Source: a virus. From it: 64,000 bases of DNA. The notes beneath the pieces were generated by a model. It had not been told where the DNA came from. It did no database searches and worked only from the letters and a program-made list of their open reading frames with translations. The stretch is taken from the IMG/VR virus record IMGVR_UViG_3300020406_000005, positions 1-64,000 of that record; one strand, given 5' to 3'. The translations under genes and the position numbers were made by a program. Below, in pieces: positions 52,369-60,853 of the stretch (positions within the stretch are counted from its first letter, which is position 1; each line of letters begins with the position of its first letter).

Positions 52369-54120
52369 TCAAGCAGCTTTTTCGGGGCGGTTTGAAGTTT
52401 TCCTCTTTTTGGATAACTCGGTATTTGCAACTATTTCAACATAAGTTTCCCCAAACTGCTGGATCTCGTTAAAAATTTCTTCGTCAGTTTTGCCGTGGCA
52501 ACTAGAACCTAGAAGCCACGCTGATGCGGTAGTGAAAACCTCTGCGACAAGCGGGGGCTGCGCATCCAGTAAATTTGCAACAAATTTGTGGGCTCGATTT
52601 ACTTGAATAACCATTTGCGGTGGTGAACATGACATATCAATGGTTTTACTCCAAGGCGTGTACCTTGATTCAGGTGCATTGATAATTTCAAACTTCGGCA
52701 AGTTTGAATTCCTTATGTCGGATGATGTTGACTTGTTAATCTCCCCTGTTCTTCCAACATAAGACTCTTTTCTGCTGGAAGTGGTTTTAGTTTCGAAATC
52801 TCTGGCTTTTGGAATTGTTTTCCCTTGGTCTGACTTTGATTTTCGAGTATTTGAAAACGTGGAAGCTACGCCCTCCTTGATATGAGTAAGTTCTGCTTGC
52901 TCAACCTGATTGGTATTCTTCTTATTTTGACTAAACATTGCAGCCGCTGTTACATTTGTTCGTATTTCTTTTTGAAAAGCCGCAGCGAATTCGTCGGAAA
53001 GAATGACTTCTGTCTTCTCTTGATTTACCTTAAGATGAGGATGGTGGTCTCCATCATAAGATAATTCTACAAAAAGAGATCTTTTGTGAGTGTCCCAAAT
53101 CCAAACGTTCGACCCAGTAGTGCACTGAACTCTCTTTCCATTTCGAATAAATGAAATGCCTTGTGGCATCTTACTCCTAAACCCTGATCCCCATGGGTCA
53201 CTTTCATCACGGTTTTTCCACTCCATGAACTGAGAAATCCTCAGCCCACAGTCGATTCCAAGTATTTTGACCTTTTCAAAATTAAAATTCCTACCTCCTC
53301 TGTACCATGTCACTAGGCTCGGGTTTACTGAATAGTCCAAAGAATCCAAAATTGGATCAGCCCAGCTAGTGAAACTTGCTGTCTTTGTTTCTTGAAACGT
53401 GTCATGTTTTGAATTATGTGTCCAAAATTCAAAACTAAGCTCAACATTTGATTTAGACAATCTCTGTAACTTCTGTGCGTAATTAATTCTGATCGACTTA
53501 GCAATAGCCTGCCATGCTGCATATGTCTGCTTTGGAAAACGATTGGCGCCGTCCTGTATAAAAATGCCCATCCCAGAAGCTGCTTCGCTACCGACGAACT
53601 GTTTCAACGTTTTTAGTTTTGCCGTAAAATCATCACACGAACTATGCTCATGGGAGATGTAATAGGTCCATGGAGGATCACTCGTTTCACAGGTTTCTAG
53701 GTCGAACATGGCTAAGCTAGCGAGTTCACCCTTAAATGAAACAGCCGTCACTTTGCACTGGTCCTCTTTTCCAACTAAGTAAAGAGCTGCCGAGGTTGCG
53801 CCGGCGCCGAAGGTGCCATGTGCCCGCTTGAGCCCTGACTCTTTAGTCCCTGATTTGCCTAGTGCCACTATATCTGCGATTTCGCGGCCGACTGCTCCTC
53901 TACCGGAATCAACTATAATTAAATTATCTCCTTCGCGGATGAAGCAGATCTTAAATTCTTTTCTAGCTGGATCCTCTTCCATCGCACGAAGTATGGAATC
54001 AATTGAGTTGTCAATGTACTCATCAATAGCGGGCCCATAGCCGCTATATGTTTTTGTTTTAAATGTTTGCAAAATATTTGCACTAGGATATAAAATCTCC
54101 CTTGTGTAATTTTCTTTCAT
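52369..54120 (-). CDS. GHKL (MORC/HSP90-like) ATPase domain protein
   Basis: AIDEYIDNSID, IVDSGRG, GKSG, GTFGAG. Confidence 0.8.
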   Translation of the reverse strand: MKENYTREILYPSANILQTFKTKTYSGYGPAIDEYIDNSIDSILRAMEEDPARKEFKICFIREGDNLIIVDSGRGAVGREIADIVALGKSGTKESGLKRAHGTFGAGATSAALYLVGKEDQCKVTAVSFKGELASLAMFDLETCETSDPPWTYYISHEHSSCDDFTAKLKTLKQFVGSEAASGMGIFIQDGANRFPKQTYAAWQAIAKSIRINYAQKLQRLSKSNVELSFEFWTHNSKHDTFQETKTASFTSWADPILDSLDYSVNPSLVTWYRGGRNFNFEKVKILGIDCGLRISQFMEWKNRDESDPWGSGFRSKMPQGISFIRNGKRVQCTTGSNVWIWDTHKRSLFVELSYDGDHHPHLKVNQEKTEVILSDEFAAAFQKEIRTNVTAAAMFSQNKKNTNQVEQAELTHIKEGVASTFSNTRKSKSDQGKTIPKARDFETKTTSSRKESYVGRTGEINKSTSSDIRNSNLPKFEIINAPESRYTPWSKTIDMSCSPPQMVIQVNRAHKFVANLLDAQPPLVAEVFTTASAWLLGSSCHGKTDEEIFNEIQQFGETYVEIVANTELSKKRKTSNRPEKAA

Positions 54121-54160
54121 ATTAATCTTTACTCCTTTTAAATTTTAGATTATTTTTTTG

Positions 54161-54199
54161 CTTTTTGCTATAGCAGGTCGACAAATATCTCGACCAACT
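54161..54199 (-). promoter_or_regulatory. conserved 5' leader hairpin, copy 2 (GHKL gene)
   Basis: See copy 1; follows promoter TTGACG-17-TATATT (54206-54234). Confidence 0.75.
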
Positions 54200-54211
54200 T
54201 TTTATAATATA

Positions 54212-55078
54212 TCAGACTTCTGCTTCTTCGTCAAGAGCAATTTTTTGAATTTTTGGTGAAAAATATTCGGCATAAACGTAATCATTTTCATAATTGGTAG
54301 AATATATGCCAAAACTAACTTTTGTATTATTTGTAATTTTACTTTTTATATTATTGGTAATAGTTCTAAATAGATTATGCTCAGTTTTGAGCTTTTCTTC
54401 GTTTATACCATAATAATAAACTATTTCTGCCTCGCTTGTCAACGGAAAAAATAATTTATCTTCCCCGTTGATTTCAGATATGCCGATCGTTGTTATTTTA
54501 CATGATTCTTTTGGAATTTTAAAAGTTGAAGTTACAGGCTTGTTGTTCCTAAAAACGTCCATCATATAATAAGTGCTTGTAAAAACTGAATTAATTTGAT
54601 TGTAATATTCATAGACATTTGTATCTCCCGCGAGGCTCTCTAGTTCAAGATTTGAAACTAAACAAATCTTTTGGAACAGGCCTGAGCGTGCATAATTCTG
54701 CAACACACCTCTTGTTGTGCGCTCAAGTAAGGTCTTAGTATCAGATAGGACCTCCACTTCTGGCATAAAATAAACAATGTCCATTATAACTCCCTGCTTA
54801 TGAAGCTTTTCTAATGCGCGAAGAGTTATCCCGGTTGATTCACAGGCGCCGCATAAAAATACGCTTGCCTGGTCCTTGATTTTAGATAACCAAGAATGAA
54901 GCTTTTTCATATCCATGTTTTCGTATTCTTCTGGATTTGTCGCCACTTCAAGACTAAACTTATACTTAGTTGTTTTTTCTATTTCGTTAGAAATGTAATA
55001 AGAGGCATAAGAATCGTACTTAGACAACTGACTGACAACGTTGCAGCCGGCAGTGCCAATACCCAATAAGTTCTTCAA
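54212..55078 (-). CDS. divergent tubulin/FtsZ-like (PhuZ-like) protein
   Basis: LGIGTAGCNV T1 loop, later P, LVSN and N anchors; signature loop degenerate. Confidence 0.6.
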   Translation of the reverse strand: MKNLLGIGTAGCNVVSQLSKYDSYASYYISNEIEKTTKYKFSLEVATNPEEYENMDMKKLHSWLSKIKDQASVFLCGACESTGITLRALEKLHKQGVIMDIVYFMPEVEVLSDTKTLLERTTRGVLQNYARSGLFQKICLVSNLELESLAGDTNVYEYYNQINSVFTSTYYMMDVFRNNKPVTSTFKIPKESCKITTIGISEINGEDKLFFPLTSEAEIVYYYGINEEKLKTEHNLFRTITNNIKSKITNNTKVSFGIYSTNYENDYVYAEYFSPKIQKIALDEEAEV

Positions 55079-56199
55079 ATCTCGACTTCCTTCATTTCTA
55101 AAAAATTTCTCCCTATTTTAGATGATGTTAGAAAAGAGCCCCAGCGAGTCTTTTCGAAGATTTGCTTAACCTCGCTTAAGAGAGCTACATCATCACGGGA
55201 GACATCTAGAATTATTGAATCATGCAGCAAAAATGCAATTTTACTTTCTCTGCTTTTTAAAAATTTTTGTATTTTATATGAATTTTCTATAACCATATCA
55301 GATGTGGTTGATTGTGTCAAGTAATTTAATGCTTTTTTTTCTTCTACTATCATCTCGCGCCCAAAGGGAGTTTTTATAACTCCGTCAACATAATAATCTC
55401 TATATATATTTTTATTGTAGATTTTTTCTAACTTACTATCCTTAGCCTCTGGGTTATAAAGCCAGGCAAAAAACCTCTCTTTGGCCTGTTGTCTAGTAGT
55501 GTCTTTTAACTTCAAGACCTGCATATTAAAGTTGTGTATGTCTTCATCTGGCTGCTTTGAATTGGCTAGTGCCAATAGCATTCTAATTTCTGCCGCATTA
55601 TAGTCAAATTCGACAAAAAGATCATTACTTGGGTAAAGATGCTGTCTGTCTTCCTTCTTTAAATTTAAAATTGGAAGAGTTTTTGGCCTAGTAGACAATC
55701 TACCTGTTGATGTTCCAAAAATATTATAATTTATATTCCTTCTTTTGTTTCTAAAAATAATTTGTTGATTACGAATTGTGGCACAAAGAACATGAGCTTT
55801 ATGGAGTATATCATAATCACTTGGCTTTTTTACGTTAGCATATACATTTTCCAGAGCGTCGAGCTTGCAAGAAAAATATTTTTCTAGCTTACTTTTTGGA
55901 AAAAGATCAAAAAAACACTCGCCTCTCAAGTCTATTTTAGCTAACGAGGCTGCTCTTTCTTGCGCTCTAATGTTAGCAATACAATCTCGATACTGCTTTG
56001 GGTTCGGTGAATATTTCTCTATATCCTCTTCCTTTGCGAAGAGATAAAGATATGTAAAGCTTGAATCATCAAAAAATTTAGAATGTTTCCACGCAATATT
56101 AAAATTTCTATAAAAGTCAGGCTCTGGTTCGATCACTAGCTTATTTTTGTAGAAAGCTCCACGGCAGTTATCTCTAACGTCCAGTGTTTGTAATATCAA
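55075..56199 (-). CDS. minimal family-A DNA polymerase domain
   Basis: TGRLS, motif A DYNAAEIR, motif B RQQAKERFFAWLY, TPFGR, ALNY..QST, motif C HDS. Confidence 0.85.
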   Translation of the reverse strand: MILQTLDVRDNCRGAFYKNKLVIEPEPDFYRNFNIAWKHSKFFDDSSFTYLYLFAKEEDIEKYSPNPKQYRDCIANIRAQERAASLAKIDLRGECFFDLFPKSKLEKYFSCKLDALENVYANVKKPSDYDILHKAHVLCATIRNQQIIFRNKRRNINYNIFGTSTGRLSTRPKTLPILNLKKEDRQHLYPSNDLFVEFDYNAAEIRMLLALANSKQPDEDIHNFNMQVLKLKDTTRQQAKERFFAWLYNPEAKDSKLEKIYNKNIYRDYYVDGVIKTPFGREMIVEEKKALNYLTQSTTSDMVIENSYKIQKFLKSRESKIAFLLHDSIILDVSRDDVALLSEVKQIFEKTRWGSFLTSSKIGRNFLEMKEVEI

Positions 56200-57306
56200 C
56201 TATACTCTCCTAGTTATTGTTCTTATTACATCGGAGCAAAATTTGTTTACATATGAAATAGCTCCATAATTAGAGTTTAACCCATATCCGTTGTAAATGT
56301 CAAGGACTTTTGATTCTATTTCCACAAAATAATCTGTCTTTTTATATTCTCTCGGGAAGAGGCCAAGTTCTCTAAACCTATGAATCAATAAACATTCCAA
56401 CCACTTACGCATCTCTACGGAAGAAAAATCTACAGATATACTTGGCAGCCCAATACTGGCATGGTATTGTATATACAAAAGTTCGTAGAACCTCTTAATT
56501 GCCCAGAGATCGTCGTAGCCAATTTTTAAAGTCAAAACATCAGAATAAAACCCGGCGAAATCACTGAGTGGTCGATTGTTCAAAATATTATCCTGAGCGA
56601 TAGGTGAGTTTAAGTCTACCGCTATTCTCCATGGACAATTTAGATCAACCTTGAATCCAAATTTTTGTGCAGTCTCAGCAAAACAATAAAAATTAGGATC
56701 TATTACTAAATCTACCTTTAGCTGGTCTAAGTTGGGAGAAAAATTTTTTCCAAGATCTACATATAGTCCAGTGTTATAGACGGTTGAAAAATTTGATAAA
56801 GCATATCCGGACTTAGACAATGGGGTGGCAAAAAAGTTTTGTCTAAAAAATATTTCGTTCAAAAGGTTTACAAAAACAGGAAAAGATAAACTTTGATTAA
56901 GTCCCTCACTGACCATAAATCCACTCAACTCTAAGCCAACGCCTCGGGTGAAAGAATTATAGGAGTCGTCAAAATTTGTAAAACTTTTGGAAGGGAGAAG
57001 ATCAGATATCAAAGTGGGGGCTTCAAGATTAGACCCCTCCTGGAATGCTGCCCTAAAATTATTGAACATTGAAACGGTAAAGTTTAGACCAGTTGCAAGA
57101 CCAGCGTACTGCCCAAAAAGCACAGTATTTGGTACGGGGACTATAGGTTCATAGTTATTATTTACAAATCCATATAGCTTCTTATCATATAAGGTATTTA
57201 AAAAATCAATATCTTGACTGTTTATGTATTGCAGATACTTTTGTCTTTCAGAGTATTCTGTCCTTAAATTTTCTGACTGGCCGCCCCTAAAATTATGTGT
57301 ACTCAT
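56200..57306 (-). CDS. hypothetical protein (structural-region context)
   Basis: ORF track. Confidence 0.7.
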   Translation of the reverse strand: MSTHNFRGGQSENLRTEYSERQKYLQYINSQDIDFLNTLYDKKLYGFVNNNYEPIVPVPNTVLFGQYAGLATGLNFTVSMFNNFRAAFQEGSNLEAPTLISDLLPSKSFTNFDDSYNSFTRGVGLELSGFMVSEGLNQSLSFPVFVNLLNEIFFRQNFFATPLSKSGYALSNFSTVYNTGLYVDLGKNFSPNLDQLKVDLVIDPNFYCFAETAQKFGFKVDLNCPWRIAVDLNSPIAQDNILNNRPLSDFAGFYSDVLTLKIGYDDLWAIKRFYELLYIQYHASIGLPSISVDFSSVEMRKWLECLLIHRFRELGLFPREYKKTDYFVEIESKVLDIYNGYGLNSNYGAISYVNKFCSDVIRTITRRV

Positions 57307-59813
57307 TCAGTTTCTCCTGTAGTGCCAATTCCAGCTGTAGTTAGGGCCGAAGTTTTGAGATTTTGAGTTTTTCCAGTGGCTCCAGATTTAATGTTTGGCT
57401 GTGTATCAGATTCCGGGAAACTGTTGAAATATAACTGAAGAGTGGTATCTAATCTGCCTGATTCAAATTTTGTGGTGACCGGGCCGACAACATAGTAGCC
57501 GCCAAACCCTAATCTGCGCGCGGCTGAGGATGTTGCTCGGGGATCGCCAAATCCTAAAGTGTCAGGGTTTATGTAAACACAGCAACTAGGAAAAAATAAA
57601 TTATTGCCCACCATCTCAACAGTTGCATTGTGGGCATACCTTAATTCATCATAAATTTTACCGTTTCTCGCGATCATATAAGCCTCTCGTGCAGGGGACG
57701 GAATTCTTGAAAAGTTAATGCTCTTTATAAGTCCCGTAGTCTGGTTTGCTCTTAAGTGGTATATGCCATTTTTACTATCTCTTTCCGTGTTTCCTGACCC
57801 GAGAGGACGAGTATACTTAGATGGTTTCTGATGTATTATAAAAATTTGATCAGTCTTCTCCACTCCGGATTGACTAGCCATTTGTATTGGCGATGGAATA
57901 TCTGCGACTGATATCGTTCCTTTTTTTATCACTGAACGGTTGGTTTTTCTAGCGCTATAAGTTGTGGTTGTGAAAGTTATATGATTTATAAAATCAGCAT
58001 TTGGCAATTCATTAAATGATCTTGTTAACAACTTGGGGACCATCGAAGTGAGAAAGTCGTACATATCGTAAAAGGACCTCCGATCCTTTACCATTTCTTC
58101 AAAAATGACTGTATATAAAGTATCGATTGTAATCGGTATATCTGCAATATTAAGGTTTCTCTCTTCCGGATACAGCGTGTCTTCTTCTTTTCTAACATAT
58201 ATGACGTCAGACATAAAAACGTTAAACCTTTTTATATCCAACAATAAAGCACCTATTCTCTTTTTAACCTTTTCTTTTATCGGCGTTGCCAGCATCTTGT
58301 CTGACTCTACTCTTTTTAATGTCCTCCTAATGTCGTCTCCAATTTTTTTAAAATATGATTCTAGAAAGTCTCCAAGCGTAAAGTAAGAAATATAGCTCAA
58401 TGAAACAAAGCGGAAGGGATTAAAATTTAATTCTTTAACCTTTTTTGGTGTTAACTTTTTTAAGTCTAAATTAGAGATTTCTAATAACTGGTCACTCAGC
58501 TGTCCAGAGAGCAGATCGTCCCCGAGTTGGCGCATAGAAATAAGCATAGCGGCGTCTGTGGTACTATCCAAGTCGGTTAAGTCATATTGGGATCGAAGTA
58601 TTGTTTTATCACGCCGAGTTGAAACATCATTTGTTGGAGATAAGTGTATTTTTCCAGTTGTGTATAAGTTATTTATCAAATCCTTAAAAGCAGAAGTAAT
58701 ATCTTTTGTTGTTGGGAGTAAAACTTCCTCCTTCTTGGTACTTTTGGCCTTATTCTCGGCTTCTTTCCTAGCAACTGATCTTAATTCTCCAATGTCCTTA
58801 ATGTTTTCGACAGGTTTCTTAGTTTCACCACCAGTCTTAGCTTTCTGTAGTCTTGCTTTCTGTGCAACGTTAGCTACTAAATCATACTGAGATTCCCCTT
58901 TTAGTGCTTCTAAGAATCCAGTGTATTTTATACTTATCGTAGCAGACCCATCTTGCTGCATGTTCAGGTCGTGCGTACTATAGAATAAGTTTATTGTTTG
59001 AAATGTGCTTCTAATAGCCTCTATCTCATCCGCTGTAAATACATCTGTTCTATGATCAGAATATCCCAGTGTTGCAGCAATTCTGCAACTTTTGCCATTT
59101 TCTAGAGCGTTTCCTGAGCTGGTCTTGCCTGTACCGGGAATCCTTTCTCCATCAGCAATCCGGATTGTAAATAAATCTGCGATGGGAGCGTATTCACCTT
59201 CAAAGCCCCGGGGCTCATCAAATATCATTGAAATATTGTCAACTTTTACATTTAAAGTGGCTTCTAAAAACCCCCTACTTGCTTGAAATGGGTTCTTGCC
59301 CGTAAAAGTAACCGAAAAGCTCTCAATTGCTGCTGCGTTTGCAGTAAACGATTTTGATAAATCAATTTGATTATTAGCCAGAAAGTTATAGTCTGTAGAC
59401 ACCGGAAAATAAAAAGGCTTTGCTACCCCTAATTCTTCGCTAATCTTATATAATCTAAGCTCTGGTGTCAGAGCACTAATTTTTTGATTATCCATATTTA
59501 GAAAAAATCTACTAACTTTTTCAGGATCAGTATCACCAACTAAAATTTTAGATATTATGGCTTCAGGCAAATAAGCACCTTTAATTTTAGCCAATCTAGC
59601 GTAAGTCTTAGACGGAGGGGACATTCTCGATATTTTTATTCTCTTATCAAAAACACCAAATGGTTCCGCGGGTGATTCCGGACCGTCCTTAGGAGTATCA
59701 AATGTTAAAAAATTAACTAAATAAGCCTGAGGGTATAAAACAAAAGAAGGATCTTCTCTTCCTCCGTCGCCTGAAATAAATTTGTCTTGACTGCTATCGT
59801 ACTCATTGCTCAT
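57303..59813 (-). CDS. putative baseplate hub/tail protein
   Basis: C-terminal ATVEMVGN..FP...YI...GYYVV..V pattern of gp27/gpD-like hubs; context. Confidence 0.6.
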   Translation of the reverse strand: MSNEYDSSQDKFISGDGGREDPSFVLYPQAYLVNFLTFDTPKDGPESPAEPFGVFDKRIKISRMSPPSKTYARLAKIKGAYLPEAIISKILVGDTDPEKVSRFFLNMDNQKISALTPELRLYKISEELGVAKPFYFPVSTDYNFLANNQIDLSKSFTANAAAIESFSVTFTGKNPFQASRGFLEATLNVKVDNISMIFDEPRGFEGEYAPIADLFTIRIADGERIPGTGKTSSGNALENGKSCRIAATLGYSDHRTDVFTADEIEAIRSTFQTINLFYSTHDLNMQQDGSATISIKYTGFLEALKGESQYDLVANVAQKARLQKAKTGGETKKPVENIKDIGELRSVARKEAENKAKSTKKEEVLLPTTKDITSAFKDLINNLYTTGKIHLSPTNDVSTRRDKTILRSQYDLTDLDSTTDAAMLISMRQLGDDLLSGQLSDQLLEISNLDLKKLTPKKVKELNFNPFRFVSLSYISYFTLGDFLESYFKKIGDDIRRTLKRVESDKMLATPIKEKVKKRIGALLLDIKRFNVFMSDVIYVRKEEDTLYPEERNLNIADIPITIDTLYTVIFEEMVKDRRSFYDMYDFLTSMVPKLLTRSFNELPNADFINHITFTTTTYSARKTNRSVIKKGTISVADIPSPIQMASQSGVEKTDQIFIIHQKPSKYTRPLGSGNTERDSKNGIYHLRANQTTGLIKSINFSRIPSPAREAYMIARNGKIYDELRYAHNATVEMVGNNLFFPSCCVYINPDTLGFGDPRATSSAARRLGFGGYYVVGPVTTKFESGRLDTTLQLYFNSFPESDTQPNIKSGATGKTQNLKTSALTTAGIGTTGETE

Positions 59814-60163
59814 ATGTTTATCCTTTCATATGCCTGCAAAAGCGCCTCTTGCAGGGGATGGGGAATTACAATTATATCTCCAAGATTACAATGTAAATCT
59901 GTAGGTTTGCCGTTGAACCAGGCAAGGACCCACCACAGTCTTGCATCGCCGTATTCTTTAAAGGCTATTTTGCTCAAGCTATCGCCGCTAGCGAAAGTGT
60001 GTTTTGAAAGTGATAGTTTTTTCAAAAAACTATCATTTATTGGATCTCCGTACAATATTAAACTAAGGTGATCTACTTTCTGCAATCCTGTTTTATCAAA
60101 AAATTTTTGATATATTTTGTCTCCATTTTCTAAGATGACTGAATTTTGAGTCCATTTTGACAT
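59810..60163 (-). CDS. LysM-domain baseplate wedge protein (gp53-like)
   Basis: GDSLSKIAFKEYGDARLWWVLAWFN...GDIIVIP. Confidence 0.82.
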   Translation of the reverse strand: MSKWTQNSVILENGDKIYQKFFDKTGLQKVDHLSLILYGDPINDSFLKKLSLSKHTFASGDSLSKIAFKEYGDARLWWVLAWFNGKPTDLHCNLGDIIVIPHPLQEALLQAYERINI

Positions 60164-60197
60164 TTATTATAACCTCTTATGTTAAAAAAATCAAGCA

Positions 60198-60833
60198 TTA
60201 TCCTTCAAGGGGGTCGGAACCCGGCTCTCTAGGGACAAGTACGGCGTTGCGCATATTATAGGGAAAGTTTTCATCCAAGGAGACACCATTAGTATCAAAC
60301 CCTAGAGCATTTTCGTGCAAAGGCTCAAATACAAAGCTCATTGAATAGCTTAAAGGTATCATATCTCCACTTGCGCCGAAAAAATGCCCTGCCTCAAATT
60401 TTGGTTTAAAAGTAACGCCCTGTATGCACCCAAGGAGGCCCACATTATTAACTTTTGACTGTATGTAGTTTGCGTATTTAATCCTTAAAAGAGGTGCAGC
60501 CTTTATCGTTCTAGATTTAGGGTTCGGGCCTACTGGGTCACTATAAGACGGGTACATCATCTGAATTAAAGTAGAATAGTTTCTAAAATTTTCTAGCGCT
60601 ACTTCCTCATTCCTTCCTAATATATCGAAACTTGCTTGAATTCTTCTGCCAGTAGAAACATAATTTTTGATAGGATCAATTCGGCCAAAAACTTGCTGGC
60701 TTCCCCACTGAACCTGGTAATCATCTGAAAACTGCGTTATAAAGGCCGGAAACTGAACAGACGTATTTGAGGCAACGCCTGTAAATTTTATCATTTGCCC
60801 AGATCTGCGGGCTATTTCATCAAAAAATGGCAT
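60198..60833 (-). CDS. tail tube initiator / baseplate-tube junction protein
   Basis: FSDDY..W....GRIDP..Y..T.R, APLLRI; position between tape measure and LysM genes. Confidence 0.65.
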   Translation of the reverse strand: MPFFDEIARRSGQMIKFTGVASNTSVQFPAFITQFSDDYQVQWGSQQVFGRIDPIKNYVSTGRRIQASFDILGRNEEVALENFRNYSTLIQMMYPSYSDPVGPNPKSRTIKAAPLLRIKYANYIQSKVNNVGLLGCIQGVTFKPKFEAGHFFGASGDMIPLSYSMSFVFEPLHENALGFDTNGVSLDENFPYNMRNAVLVPREPGSDPLEG

Positions 60834-60853
60834 TTCATAAAACTCCTAATTTA

